64,000 bases of DNA from Bacilli bacterium. Lineage in GTDB: Bacteria > Bacillota_I > Bacilli_A > RFN20 > CAG-826. The stretch is taken from NCBI GenBank assembly GCA_045114745.1, contig JBGULD010000005.1:1467-65466 (forward strand). Direction: 5' to 3'. How positions within the stretch are numbered: the first letter of the stretch is position 1; each line of letters starts with the position of its first letter. Below are positions 54,162 to 63,497 of this stretch, one piece after another. The notes beneath the pieces are model-generated. The model had not been told where the DNA came from. It was given only the letters and a program-made list of their open reading frames with translations, and did no database searches. The position numbers and the translations under genes were made by a program.

Positions 54162-56028
54162 CTTTGTCTTCTTTTATTGAATAAGTCGTAATTAACTTAG
54201 ACAATAACTCTTTAACATCTTTTGTTTCTTCCATATCAAATACTTGTGAAATGGTAGAAACATCTTCTTCTAATTTCTCATTCGCAGATTCTTTGGGTTC
54301 AATAAAAATCTTTTTATTCTCGGTTTGTTGTTGATGTTCGGTATCCAACAATAATTCTTCGAATAATTTTTCTCCTGGTCTTAAACCGGTCTCTACGATT
54401 TCGATATCAACATATGGGACTAAACCGGCTTGTCTAATTAGTCTTTCAGCAAGATTGATAATTTTAACTGGTTTACCCATATCTAAAATAAATATTTCTC
54501 CACCTGTCGCATATAATCCGCATTGAAGGATTAAAGATACTGCTTCAGGGATTGTCATGAAGTATCTAATAATGTTTTTATCGGTAATTGTGATTGGTCC
54601 GCCTTCTTCAATTTGTTTCTTGAATAATGGGACTACACTACCATTAGATCCTAAAACATTACCAAATCTCACTGCGGCATAAGCAGTATTCTTGGACTTC
54701 TCTGCAAAGTATTGAATGATGGTTTCCGCAAAACGTTTGGTGGCACCCATAACATTTGTGGGTCTAACAGCTTTATCTGTAGAAACCAAAACCATCTTCT
54801 TAACACCATACTTATCCGCAAGTCTTGCAACATTATAAGTTCCAATAACATTGGTTCTAATTGCTTCTGCAGGACTATCTTCCATTAATGGAACATGCTT
54901 ATACGCTGCGGCATGATAAATATAGTCTGGTTTGTATTTTTTAATAATTTGTTCCACTCTAACTTCGTTATATGTAGAACCAATTAATGTAACCAACTTT
55001 ACACCCTTAATCTTTTCATTCCTTATTTTTCTAACCAATTCTTGTTGAATGTCGTATGTAGAATTCTCATAAATATCAAAAAGAATAATTGTCGATGGGT
55101 GTGTTTTAAATATTTGTCTTACTAATTCAGATCCGATAGAACCACCAGCGCCAGTTACCATAACTGTTTTACCATTTAACATTTGAGTGACTTCATGGTT
55201 GTCCAATTGAACTGGTTCTCTACAAAGTAAATCATCAAGGTCAACATCAATAATTCTTATATCGTTTGGCCCTTGCATTTCACTTAATAATGGCATTCTT
55301 CTTACTCTTACATTGCTTCTAGAAAGAAGATCAATTATTTCGTGAAGCCTTTCTTCTTTTAAATGAGCGATTGCGATGATGACTTCTTCTATTTGATAAA
55401 AATCGATTATTTTATTTATATCATTAATGGGTCCTTTAACGGGGATGTTAGAAAACATACCGCCTATTTTGTTCTTATCATCATCCACCAAAACGACAAT
55501 ATTGTGTTTATTGGATTTATTGAATTTACTATCATCCACAACGATTTTCGCCGCAGAGCCGGCTCCAATAACTAATGTTCTTACGGCATTGGGGGATTTT
55601 GCCCTTTCACCAAACATTTTTAACAATCGAGGAGCAAATCTCTCTGAAATCATTAAAATAGCCATCATCGCTGTGGCGATTGCCCAGCTAAATAATTCTT
55701 GCCATTGGAAGAATAAAAATTTGTTAGGAACGGCAACTATACATACTAATCCAATGATAGATATCGCAAACGAAATTATTCCAACTTTTAAGGCATCAAC
55801 AATTGAGAAATTTGCTGACAAGATATTATAAACTTTAAATATAAAGAAAAAGACAATATGAAGTAAGGCAAGGACTCCACCATAAATAAAAATGCTGATT
55901 CTTTGAACTTCAGTAAAAGAGGAGAAGCCAACTACTCCAGAATATCTAAAAGTAAATAGACCAAATCCAAATGCCAAGATAGCATCAAATAATATATAAA
56001 CTAATTTAATCCAAAACTTTCTCGTCAT
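54151..56028 (-). CDS. Membrane-anchored UDP-GlcNAc 4,6-dehydratase (CapD/PglF/WbpM-like polysaccharide biosynthesis protein)
   Basis: The 625-aa protein has an N-terminal block of 4 TM segments, two Rossmann segments (LVIGAGSAA and VTGAGGSIGSEL) and STDKAV. Confidence 0.85.
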   Translation of the reverse strand: MTRKFWIKLVYILFDAILAFGFGLFTFRYSGVVGFSSFTEVQRISIFIYGGVLALLHIVFFFIFKVYNILSANFSIVDALKVGIISFAISIIGLVCIVAVPNKFLFFQWQELFSWAIATAMMAILMISERFAPRLLKMFGERAKSPNAVRTLVIGAGSAAKIVVDDSKFNKSNKHNIVVLVDDDKNKIGGMFSNIPVKGPINDINKIIDFYQIEEVIIAIAHLKEERLHEIIDLLSRSNVRVRRMPLLSEMQGPNDIRIIDVDLDDLLCREPVQLDNHEVTQMLNGKTVMVTGAGGSIGSELVRQIFKTHPSTIILFDIYENSTYDIQQELVRKIRNEKIKGVKLVTLIGSTYNEVRVEQIIKKYKPDYIYHAAAYKHVPLMEDSPAEAIRTNVIGTYNVARLADKYGVKKMVLVSTDKAVRPTNVMGATKRFAETIIQYFAEKSKNTAYAAVRFGNVLGSNGSVVPLFKKQIEEGGPITITDKNIIRYFMTIPEAVSLILQCGLYATGGEIFILDMGKPVKIINLAERLIRQAGLVPYVDIEIVETGLRPGEKLFEELLLDTEHQQQTENKKIFIEPKESANEKLEEDVSTISQVFDMEETKDVKELLSKLITTYSIKEDKDEK

Positions 56029-56112
56029 ATCTACTCAGTATTTTGATTTTATATATTTAACGTGCGTATGTAAAGTGTAAACGCACATAAACGCATGTAT
56101 AAATATAAATAA

Positions 56113-56136
56113 ATCCCCCAATATTTTTGGGGGAAT
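56113..56136 (-). terminator. Rho-independent terminator downstream of tRNA-Leu
   Basis: The minus strand reads TCCCCCAA-aaata-TTGGGGGA followed by TTTATTTATATTT. Confidence 0.65.
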
Positions 56137-56177
56137 CTTGATATTTATAATAATATAATTATTATAATTTACTGTCT

Positions 56178-56261
56178 GGTGCACCTAGCAGGAATCGAAC
56201 CTGTACGAGTTGCCTCACTAGATCCTAAGTCTAGCGCGTCTGCCAGTTCCGCCATAGGTGC
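56178..56261 (-). tRNA. tRNA-Leu (anticodon UAG), class II with a long variable arm and an encoded CCA end
   Basis: The minus strand reads GCACCTATGGCGGAACTGGCAGACGCGCTAGACTTAGGATCTAGTGAGGCAACTCGTACAGGTTCGATTCCTGCTAGGTGCACCA. The acceptor stem is GCACCTA/TAGGTGC. The anticodon stem CTAGA/TCTAG encloses the loop CTTAGGA. The T-loop is GGTTCGATTCC. Confidence 0.9.
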
Positions 56262-56325
56262 AGCGATATTATTTAATAATAATTGAGTTATGGTTTCAAG
56301 TAATTTTACAATAATGAGTATTAAT

Positions 56326-56754
56326 ATGAAAAAGATAATATTTGTTTGTCATGGGAATATATGTCGTTCCCCCGCTGCGGAATACATTATGAAGAAATTA
56401 TCTTCTGATTTTATCGTCATCAGTCGAGCCACTTCTTATGAAGAAATCGGGAACGATATATATCCTCCGATGAAAAGAGAATTAATAAAAAACAATATTC
56501 CTTTTGATAGACATTACGCATCAAGGATTACTTATGAAGAATATGTTGACGCGGATTATATCTTCTATATGGATGATGAAAACTATTATTCATTAGTGAA
56601 TAGATTTGGTAATTCAGATAAGATATTACCTATCTATAAATACACTTCTTCTATTAATGAAATCGAAGATCCCTGGTATACAGGAAGATTTGATGTTGTC
56701 TTTAGACAAATAAAAGAATGTCTCATCGACATTCTCCATAATATAGATAAATAA
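56326..56754 (+). CDS. Low-molecular-weight protein-tyrosine phosphatase
   Basis: MKKIIFVCHGNICRSPAAE contains the CX5R(S) P-loop, and a DPWY-type Asp loop (EDPWYTG) is present. The start is moved to the ATG at 56326. Confidence 0.85.
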   Translation: MKKIIFVCHGNICRSPAAEYIMKKLSSDFIVISRATSYEEIGNDIYPPMKRELIKNNIPFDRHYASRITYEEYVDADYIFYMDDENYYSLVNRFGNSDKILPIYKYTSSINEIEDPWYTGRFDVVFRQIKECLIDILHNIDK

Positions 56755-56761
56755 TAATTAT

Positions 56762-57811
56762 TTAATCATTCTCTCTATTATATTCAAATTCGTAGATATT
56801 GAGATAATAGTTACCTGATGAATATAGATGTCCATCCTCACTAATGGCGATGTTTTCAAATTCATCATAAATGCCATAGATACCTAGGTCTTGGAAATCT
56901 TTTACTATTGTGTGTTCTCTTAAATCCACGACTCTCATCTTTGGTTTATCTTCTTCAACATCTTTCTTATGGAAAGAGAATGTTTGATATAAATATCCAT
57001 TAGAGATAAATCCACCTTGCGTTGCGGTTTCTGCTGGTAAGGTAAATTTATCAACAGCATCTTCAATATTGAGTTCCACTTCCGCTAGGCGGTAATCGGG
57101 CATATAAAAAGCATAATATTGAAGAGTGTTAGGTTCACCATCTTTGCTTCTTCTATAAGAATTAAGTGTGTATCCACCATAATAGAGAATACCTTCTTCA
57201 TAATCATAATAAGAATTCGGGAAATATAATTCTTTACCTTTGGGCCAAGTCAAAGTAAGTTTTTGAACTTGTTCAATTTGATATTGTCCCCCTCTTTGAT
57301 AGATATGATATCCAATCGTTGAGTGAACAGGAGCATTCTCCATAGAGATATAAAGGATTGGATATTTATCTCTGGAAGAATAGAAGGTATCACCAAAGAA
57401 GATGGTGTTACAGTGATAATCAGTGTTGACCGCATTTGTGTGGATGACATCTTCTAACTTCTTAGTGTTCATATCATAGACGAGAATAACTTCAAAGTTA
57501 TTAGAGCATAAGAAATAATAATTCTCATAGCATGTCGCCCCTTGATAATTACCAAAGCTCGATGCATCAGCGATTTTAAATAACTTCTTAATCTCTTTAA
57601 TCTCAAACTCTTCAGCATCCACTTGGACATCATTACCAAAGTAATAGAGATTCTCATATAACTTATTACCTTTGAATAAATACCTACCGGTATATATCAA
57701 AGAAGGAATGAGAATAGATAAAGTAATATAGACCGGGAATTTATTTAAAAATCCCCAAACCTTATGAAGGAAGTTCTTCATCTTGTTTTCTGTCTTCGGT
57801 TTCTGTTCCAT
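56762..57811 (-). CDS. Hypothetical membrane-anchored protein with a Tyr/Asn-rich beta-type ectodomain
   Basis: An N-terminal TM (FPVYITLSILIPSLIY) is followed by about 300 aa rich in Y/N/G/F. I recognise no family. The start is uncertain (57811 or 57781), and either choice overlaps the upstream gene. Confidence 0.5.
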   Translation of the reverse strand: MEQKPKTENKMKNFLHKVWGFLNKFPVYITLSILIPSLIYTGRYLFKGNKLYENLYYFGNDVQVDAEEFEIKEIKKLFKIADASSFGNYQGATCYENYYFLCSNNFEVILVYDMNTKKLEDVIHTNAVNTDYHCNTIFFGDTFYSSRDKYPILYISMENAPVHSTIGYHIYQRGGQYQIEQVQKLTLTWPKGKELYFPNSYYDYEEGILYYGGYTLNSYRRSKDGEPNTLQYYAFYMPDYRLAEVELNIEDAVDKFTLPAETATQGGFISNGYLYQTFSFHKKDVEEDKPKMRVVDLREHTIVKDFQDLGIYGIYDEFENIAISEDGHLYSSGNYYLNIYEFEYNREND

Positions 57812-58454
57812 CAGTCAAAAACACTCCTTCCTTCGTTTTAATATGTATATATCTCACTGCGCGTAAGACCATGATAAATGTAAAGGTATAGATCAAGAAT
57901 TCAAATCCCCAGGAACCATATAAGAAGAAACGGTTAAAGAAGGCTAGTTTCATAATCGTTCTAGTTCCCGCAAGATAAGCGAATACTTTAGAAGAAATAA
58001 ATAACGCTAAGAAGGCAATAAGAATGAATAAAGCATTCTTCTTACCAGTCTTTAAGTTATGTGCATCAAAGAAGAGATAACATCCATGGAAGAATAATAG
58101 ATAGAAGATACATAGCAATATATCATTGCTCCAATCTAATCCCTTACCTAAAGCCACATAAAATTGATTCGTCGATGTCTCACATAATAATTGAATAAAA
58201 TGGGTCACCGCGAAGATGATGATTGAATAGAAACAATATCTAAATGATTGATTAAGAGGCCTAATGATAAATAGGGCTCCAAAATATGATAAATAGGTAA
58301 GATATTTTAAATATTTAAAATAACGGAAGAAACGAGGCACACCATTAATCGATGTGGCGAAATTAAGTGTGGAGATAATTAACACTATTTGGCCAATCAT
58401 AAAAATAAGAAAGGCGATTTGGAATAGTTTTAATTCTTTCTTCTTATCTTCCAT
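57762..58454 (-). CDS. Hypothetical polytopic membrane protein (about 6 TM)
   Basis: The 230-aa protein has repeated hydrophobic segments. I recognise no family. Confidence 0.5.
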   Translation of the reverse strand: MEDKKKELKLFQIAFLIFMIGQIVLIISTLNFATSINGVPRFFRYFKYLKYLTYLSYFGALFIIRPLNQSFRYCFYSIIIFAVTHFIQLLCETSTNQFYVALGKGLDWSNDILLCIFYLLFFHGCYLFFDAHNLKTGKKNALFILIAFLALFISSKVFAYLAGTRTIMKLAFFNRFFLYGSWGFEFLIYTFTFIMVLRAVRYIHIKTKEGVFLTDGTETEDRKQDEELPS

Positions 58455-58501
58455 AACATAACTATAATATCAAAACCAAAATAGTTTATATAAATATATT
58501 T

Positions 58502-58795
58502 CTATTTCTTTAACAAATCTAAATATACTTTATCAACAATATCTTTAATCTCATCAGGATCTTCTGAATCTACTAGTAACATCGCTTTCGCGTTAGGATA
58601 AGGAATATGTTCTTTTAATTTTAAAGAGAGATTAGATTCAGTTTTCTTAATAAGAAATCTATTATCATAAATTCCTCCAAAGATGATGTCATTCTTGTAA
58701 AGAATATATTCACCCATCATCTTCTTATAAGAGATACCGTCTACCTCTCTTAATAGTTCTAATATAAACACCAAATAATCTTTTGAACTGGCCAT
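58502..58795 (-). CDS. TfoX N-terminal-domain protein
   Basis: The 97-aa ORF has YKKMMGEYILYKNDIIFGGIYDNRFLIK, typical of the TfoX_N fold. Confidence 0.65.
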   Translation of the reverse strand: MASSKDYLVFILELLREVDGISYKKMMGEYILYKNDIIFGGIYDNRFLIKKTESNLSLKLKEHIPYPNAKAMLLVDSEDPDEIKDIVDKVYLDLLKK

Positions 58796-58875
58796 AATAA
58801 TCTCTATTCATCACGTATCACAAAAACAATAGAAGAATCCATTTCTAAATAATATCTATATAAAAGTATTAATAA

Positions 58876-60150
58876 TTATTTATAAGTACCGTAACCCGCA
58901 ATCGCGTCATCGATTGATGCTCCACCGATATAAGCATCAAATGTTTTTCTCACTTGTGTATCAGCGTCACTGCTCAAACCGATTGTGTAGTTATAGAAGA
59001 CGCGGTTGTCTTTTAAGACATCTTTAAATGAATTAAATAATTTATCATCACCTAATGTCACTGCTGGGGAGATTTGTCTCTTATTAGAGGACATTTCATT
59101 TAAAGCTTGAGATCTAATTAAGAATCTCATGAACTCATTAGTCATTTGTAAGTTCTTGCTATTCTTATTAACTGCAAAGGATAAGGTAATTGTGTTGAAG
59201 TAATAACCACTATTATTGGTGGTTGGAATTGGTTGGAAGCTATATTTAAATGGATTAGCTTGATAATCTTCGGATTTTGCTTCTCTCTTGTTACTACCAG
59301 ATAATCTATTAACTTCGGTAAAGATCATTGGAACATCACCTTTATAGAATCTTAAACAGATACTATCGGTATTATCCTTAGCGATTTCTTCGACACATTT
59401 AGTCTTATCAATAAAGTTATGGCTCATAAAGTCACCGGCTTTTTCTAAGCCACTTCTAATATAAGAACCCGCACTGGCTTGTAAGCTATTTAAAGCGTCC
59501 ACTGCTTCTTTATTGCCATTAATTGTGGATAAGAAATATGGGAAATATAAAGAATATAAAGATGCTTTATAACTCATAACAGGACTTGTATAGCCAAGAC
59601 CTTTTAAGGAATCACAAACGCTAATTAATTCTTCATATGTTTTAGGAATGGATAAACCGTGTTTCGCAAATAAATCTTCATTGACCATCATGCCATATGC
59701 ATTAGTGAAGATTGGCACAAATGGAACATGTCCATCTTTATCTTTATAGACAAGACCTTCTCTAACCATCGACATATCAATGCGATATTCCGGATTTGAT
59801 AAGTCTTCCGCAACTTCAAATAATTTCGTATAACGGGAATCGCTTTCCCATCCTGCGGAAACGAAATAAATATCAGGCGCACTATCGGAAGCAAATAAGT
59901 CGTTAATGACCGCTTCTTTTGTGTAGTTATCAACCTTTTCGTAACGGATTTCCACATTTGGATAAAATTCATTGAATTTATTAATCTGTTCATCAAGGGC
60001 TTCAAAGTTATCGTAATGTCCTTTGACAGTGATAGAACATTCCGTCTCTTTATCATAGGCTGGTACAAAGGCATTTTTATCTTTTTTACCACATCCCGAA
60101 AGTGATAACGCTAAGATAGCACCAAAAATCAAAACTCTTCTTTTTTTCAT
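58876..60150 (-). CDS. ABC-transporter-type extracellular solute-binding lipoprotein (family 1, carbohydrate-type), with no adjacent permease or ATPase
   Basis: A signal peptide and lipobox are present (ALSLSGC-G). Size is 424 aa, with SBP_bac_1-like composition. Confidence 0.7.
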   Translation of the reverse strand: MKKRRVLIFGAILALSLSGCGKKDKNAFVPAYDKETECSITVKGHYDNFEALDEQINKFNEFYPNVEIRYEKVDNYTKEAVINDLFASDSAPDIYFVSAGWESDSRYTKLFEVAEDLSNPEYRIDMSMVREGLVYKDKDGHVPFVPIFTNAYGMMVNEDLFAKHGLSIPKTYEELISVCDSLKGLGYTSPVMSYKASLYSLYFPYFLSTINGNKEAVDALNSLQASAGSYIRSGLEKAGDFMSHNFIDKTKCVEEIAKDNTDSICLRFYKGDVPMIFTEVNRLSGSNKREAKSEDYQANPFKYSFQPIPTTNNSGYYFNTITLSFAVNKNSKNLQMTNEFMRFLIRSQALNEMSSNKRQISPAVTLGDDKLFNSFKDVLKDNRVFYNYTIGLSSDADTQVRKTFDAYIGGASIDDAIAGYGTYK

Positions 60151-60284
60151 AGTGTTTCTCCCTAATATTCAGTTCTTTTTTTCATTTTAATATATTTAGT
60201 CAATTTCTTTAATAGAGTATTTATTACACCGTTTTTTCATTCTCAGTGTTTTTTTATTTATAAATATAGGATAATAAAACTACG

Positions 60285-62849
60285 ATGAATATTTTCAAAA
60301 ACCATAAATTTGTCTCGTTCTTTATTATCAGCATTAACGTTTTATTCGTTGCTGGTTTAGCTTTTGGCGAATGGGAATATATCCATTCCACAAGAAGACA
60401 AACCGTCGAAGCTAATAAAGAGAGTTTTGTCGGTGCTAATACCTCTTTAGCGAGTATGACTAGTAACTATCTCGTCGGAGAGAGTCACTTATGTCGTTCT
60501 TGGTCTAATTATTTACATAATAATTCTCTTACCATGAGTGAAGCGATTGATTTCGTCGACCACTCCATCACCGATAAGGACATCATGGCCCATATCGTTA
60601 ATAGTGAAACTAAAAAGGGCTATTCCACACAAGGACATACTTCTAATCCCGATTTAAAAGAAGTCGATTATAGCGATTATTTCCTTTCTAGCGTCACCTA
60701 TTCCGATAATACGGGTGTCAAAACTTCCCCTCAATATAACAATCCTGTTAACGCTAAACCATCAATCGCTTTCTACACCGAAATCAAACTAAAGAATTCT
60801 TTAGATCCTGAAAAACAAGATAATGCTTTCTTGCTCCGTGTCGTTCCGATTAGTAACTTAGAAGCCAAGTGGACATTCCCAAGCAGCTTTGAACATTTAG
60901 ACGTCGCGATTATTGATAATTCTTCAGATGATAACGCGGGTGCGTATATCTTCCACCACAGTGCTTATAAAGGTAAGACATTCTTTGAATATTATAGTTC
61001 CTATAATTTGCCTAAAGAATCCGCGTTAAACGCTTTGAAACAAGAGATGGCGAATAACCAAGGCACTTTAACGATGAAAGATTCCCATCGTAAAGAAGTG
61101 TTTGTTTCCTATTCCCAAATCCCCGATCCAGAAAAGCATACGAAGTGGACAATCATCACTTCGATACCAATGCAGGATATCACTGATGTGAAGACTGACT
61201 GGTTAACCATTTCTATTATCGGTTTTGGTTTAGGTATTTTATTTGTCATCGACTTAGTTATTCTTCTCTTATTAAATAAAAACTTACAAGAAACCGCGAA
61301 GCTCGCAGATTCGGCGAATAAAGCCAAGACTGACTTCTTAAGTACGATGTCTCACGATATTAGAACCCCAATGAACGCGATTGTCGGTCTCACTCATATC
61401 GCTTCTAAAGAAAAGAAGAATCCAGAATCGACGCAAGATGCCTTAAAGAAGATTGATTTAGCGAGTAGTCACCTATTAACTTTAATCAACGATATTTTAG
61501 ATATATCTAAAGTCGAAAGTGGTAAACTCACAATCAATCCACTATCATTCTCCATCGTTGATACATTTGAAAACTTAGTGAATATCTCTCAACCGATGGT
61601 TAAAGCCAAGAATATTGACTTTAGCTTTAGAACACATGGTTTTGAGCATGAATGGTTATATGCTGATAAATTAAGATTAAGTCAAATCTTCACTAATCTA
61701 TTAAGCAATGCTTTGAAATATACCGAAGAAAACGGTAAGGTCGAAGTCGATATCAAAGAATTACCAAGTGAAAAAGAAGGCTATGTCAAATTAGTCTATC
61801 AAGTCGCGGATACCGGTATCGGTATGTCGCAAGAATATATCGATAAGATGTATGAACCATTCACCAGAGCCACTGATAGCCGTATTAATTCTATTCAAGG
61901 TACTGGTTTAGGTTTAACTATCACCAAACAAATGGTGGACCTTATGGGTGGCACAATCGAATGTCAAAGTGAAGTCGGTAAAGGCACTACTTTCACCGTC
62001 ACTATCGATTTACCAATTGATGATAAACCAAACGAAGAAATGGTCCTTCCAGAAATGAATATCCTCGTTGTCGATGATGATGAAATATTATTAAAGACCG
62101 CGGAAGAGACATTAAATTCTTTAGGCGCGAAGACATTTACATCCACGACTGGCAAAGACGCAATTAATTTAATTAAAGAACATAAAGATGATCCGTTCAA
62201 AGTCATCATCGTAGACTGGAAGATGCCTGATATGAATGGTTTAGACTTAGCGAAGAAGATTAAACAAATTGACCATAACGATATACCAATCATTCTCATA
62301 TCCGCCTATGACTGGTCAGAAATTGAAGAAGAAGCTAAAGATTCAGGCATTAACGGCTTTGTCTTTAAACCATTATTTAGAAGCAAAATCTATCAAAAGA
62401 TTATCGATTTACTCAACCATCGCGATTCCAAAGATATTAATGAAATCGATGAGATGAAATTCCCCGGAACCAGAATCCTCATCGTTGAAGATAACGATAT
62501 TAACTGGGAAATTATCTCTACTTTATTAAGCGCACACGAAATAACATGCGAACGCGCAGAGAATGGTAAGGTTGCTTATGACATCATCTTAGAGGATGAA
62601 TATGAAAGTCCATATGATTTAATCTTTATGGATATTCAAATGCCGGTCATGAATGGTTTAGACGCAACTAGAGCAATCAGAAAGATTGATTCCGAATACG
62701 CAAAGAATGTTCCGATTATCGCCATGACCGCAGATGCGTTCTCCGAAAACGTCGCTGAATGTTTAGCAGCGGGAATGAACGGACACTTAGCTAAACCAAT
62801 CGATTTAAAACTAGTTCTCTCTGAGATTCGCAAGATTAAAAAGAACTAA
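60285..62849 (+). CDS. Hybrid sensor histidine kinase with two C-terminal receiver domains
   Basis: Two TM segments flank an extracytoplasmic domain of about 280 aa. The H-box is FLSTMSHDIRTPMNAI. N and G boxes are present (NLLSNALKYT, DTGIGM, GTGLGLTI). REC1 is ILVVDDDE...VDWKMPDMNG...FKP and REC2 is ILIVEDNDIN...FMDIQMPVMNG...AKP. Confidence 0.9.
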   Translation: MNIFKNHKFVSFFIISINVLFVAGLAFGEWEYIHSTRRQTVEANKESFVGANTSLASMTSNYLVGESHLCRSWSNYLHNNSLTMSEAIDFVDHSITDKDIMAHIVNSETKKGYSTQGHTSNPDLKEVDYSDYFLSSVTYSDNTGVKTSPQYNNPVNAKPSIAFYTEIKLKNSLDPEKQDNAFLLRVVPISNLEAKWTFPSSFEHLDVAIIDNSSDDNAGAYIFHHSAYKGKTFFEYYSSYNLPKESALNALKQEMANNQGTLTMKDSHRKEVFVSYSQIPDPEKHTKWTIITSIPMQDITDVKTDWLTISIIGFGLGILFVIDLVILLLLNKNLQETAKLADSANKAKTDFLSTMSHDIRTPMNAIVGLTHIASKEKKNPESTQDALKKIDLASSHLLTLINDILDISKVESGKLTINPLSFSIVDTFENLVNISQPMVKAKNIDFSFRTHGFEHEWLYADKLRLSQIFTNLLSNALKYTEENGKVEVDIKELPSEKEGYVKLVYQVADTGIGMSQEYIDKMYEPFTRATDSRINSIQGTGLGLTITKQMVDLMGGTIECQSEVGKGTTFTVTIDLPIDDKPNEEMVLPEMNILVVDDDEILLKTAEETLNSLGAKTFTSTTGKDAINLIKEHKDDPFKVIIVDWKMPDMNGLDLAKKIKQIDHNDIPIILISAYDWSEIEEEAKDSGINGFVFKPLFRSKIYQKIIDLLNHRDSKDINEIDEMKFPGTRILIVEDNDINWEIISTLLSAHEITCERAENGKVAYDIILEDEYESPYDLIFMDIQMPVMNGLDATRAIRKIDSEYAKNVPIIAMTADAFSENVAECLAAGMNGHLAKPIDLKLVLSEIRKIKKN

Positions 62850-62880
62850 ACATAACCCTCTAATCAGAGGGTTATGTTTT
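62848..62880 (+). terminator. Rho-independent terminator of the histidine kinase gene
   Basis: CATAACCCTCT-aatc-AGAGGGTTATG followed by TTTT. Confidence 0.8.
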
Positions 62881-62942
62881 AAACTTTTCAGTTGTCCACA
62901 AATTATAAATGGCTCACAAAAATAAAAGAGAGAAACACTCTC

Positions 62943-63209
62943 TCAATTATCATCGTAATGAGACCACATAGAATGAATAACAATTGTGTTAATTTCTTTG
63001 TGAACTTTATAAACTAGTCTATGCTGAAGATTTATTCTTCTAGAATAATATCCATTTAAATCTCCAACAAGTTTCTCATAACTAGGTGGTGTTTGGAAAG
63101 GATTTGTGGCGATCAGATTTAATAGTTTTTTAACTCTTTCTTCTAATCCGGCACTCTTGAGTAGTTTTTTGTCTTTTTCAGCGTTCTTAGTGAATTTAAT
63201 AATCCACAT
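62943..63209 (-). CDS. yoeB: YoeB/Txe-family type II toxin (mRNA interferase)
   Basis: NPFQTPPSYEKLVGDLNGYYSRRINLQHRLVYKV...WSHY is the YoeB/Txe signature. The start is at the Met just after the antitoxin stop. Confidence 0.85.
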   Translation of the reverse strand: MWIIKFTKNAEKDKKLLKSAGLEERVKKLLNLIATNPFQTPPSYEKLVGDLNGYYSRRINLQHRLVYKVHKEINTIVIHSMWSHYDDN

Positions 63210-63211
63210 TA

Positions 63212-63463
63212 TTACCACTCTTCATTTGGATTATAAGTAGACATTTTTTCTATATCTTCTTTTTCGCCTTGTTTAATCTTTTCCACCAAACCTTTTTGAG
63301 ATACCAAATAAATGGTTTCTAGCATCGCGTTGTATTCAGCTTCAGAAATAATAACTGCGTTACCGTTTTTTGTGCTCACAACAATAGAGTCATTGTACTC
63401 AATGACATTATCAATAGAACTGAAAAGTTTTTTTCTTAAAACAGAAATATTTGTGACTGCCAT
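63212..63463 (-). CDS. yefM: YefM/Phd-family type II antitoxin
   Basis: The 83-aa ORF has an N-terminus ISVLRKKLFSSIDNVIEYNDSIVVSTKNGNAVIISEAEYNAMLETIYL typical of Phd/YefM. An AGGAGG RBS is present. It lies immediately upstream of yoeB. Confidence 0.85.
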   Translation of the reverse strand: MAVTNISVLRKKLFSSIDNVIEYNDSIVVSTKNGNAVIISEAEYNAMLETIYLVSQKGLVEKIKQGEKEDIEKMSTYNPNEEW

Positions 63464-63497
63464 AAGTATTTCCTCCTAATATTATTATATACAAATA

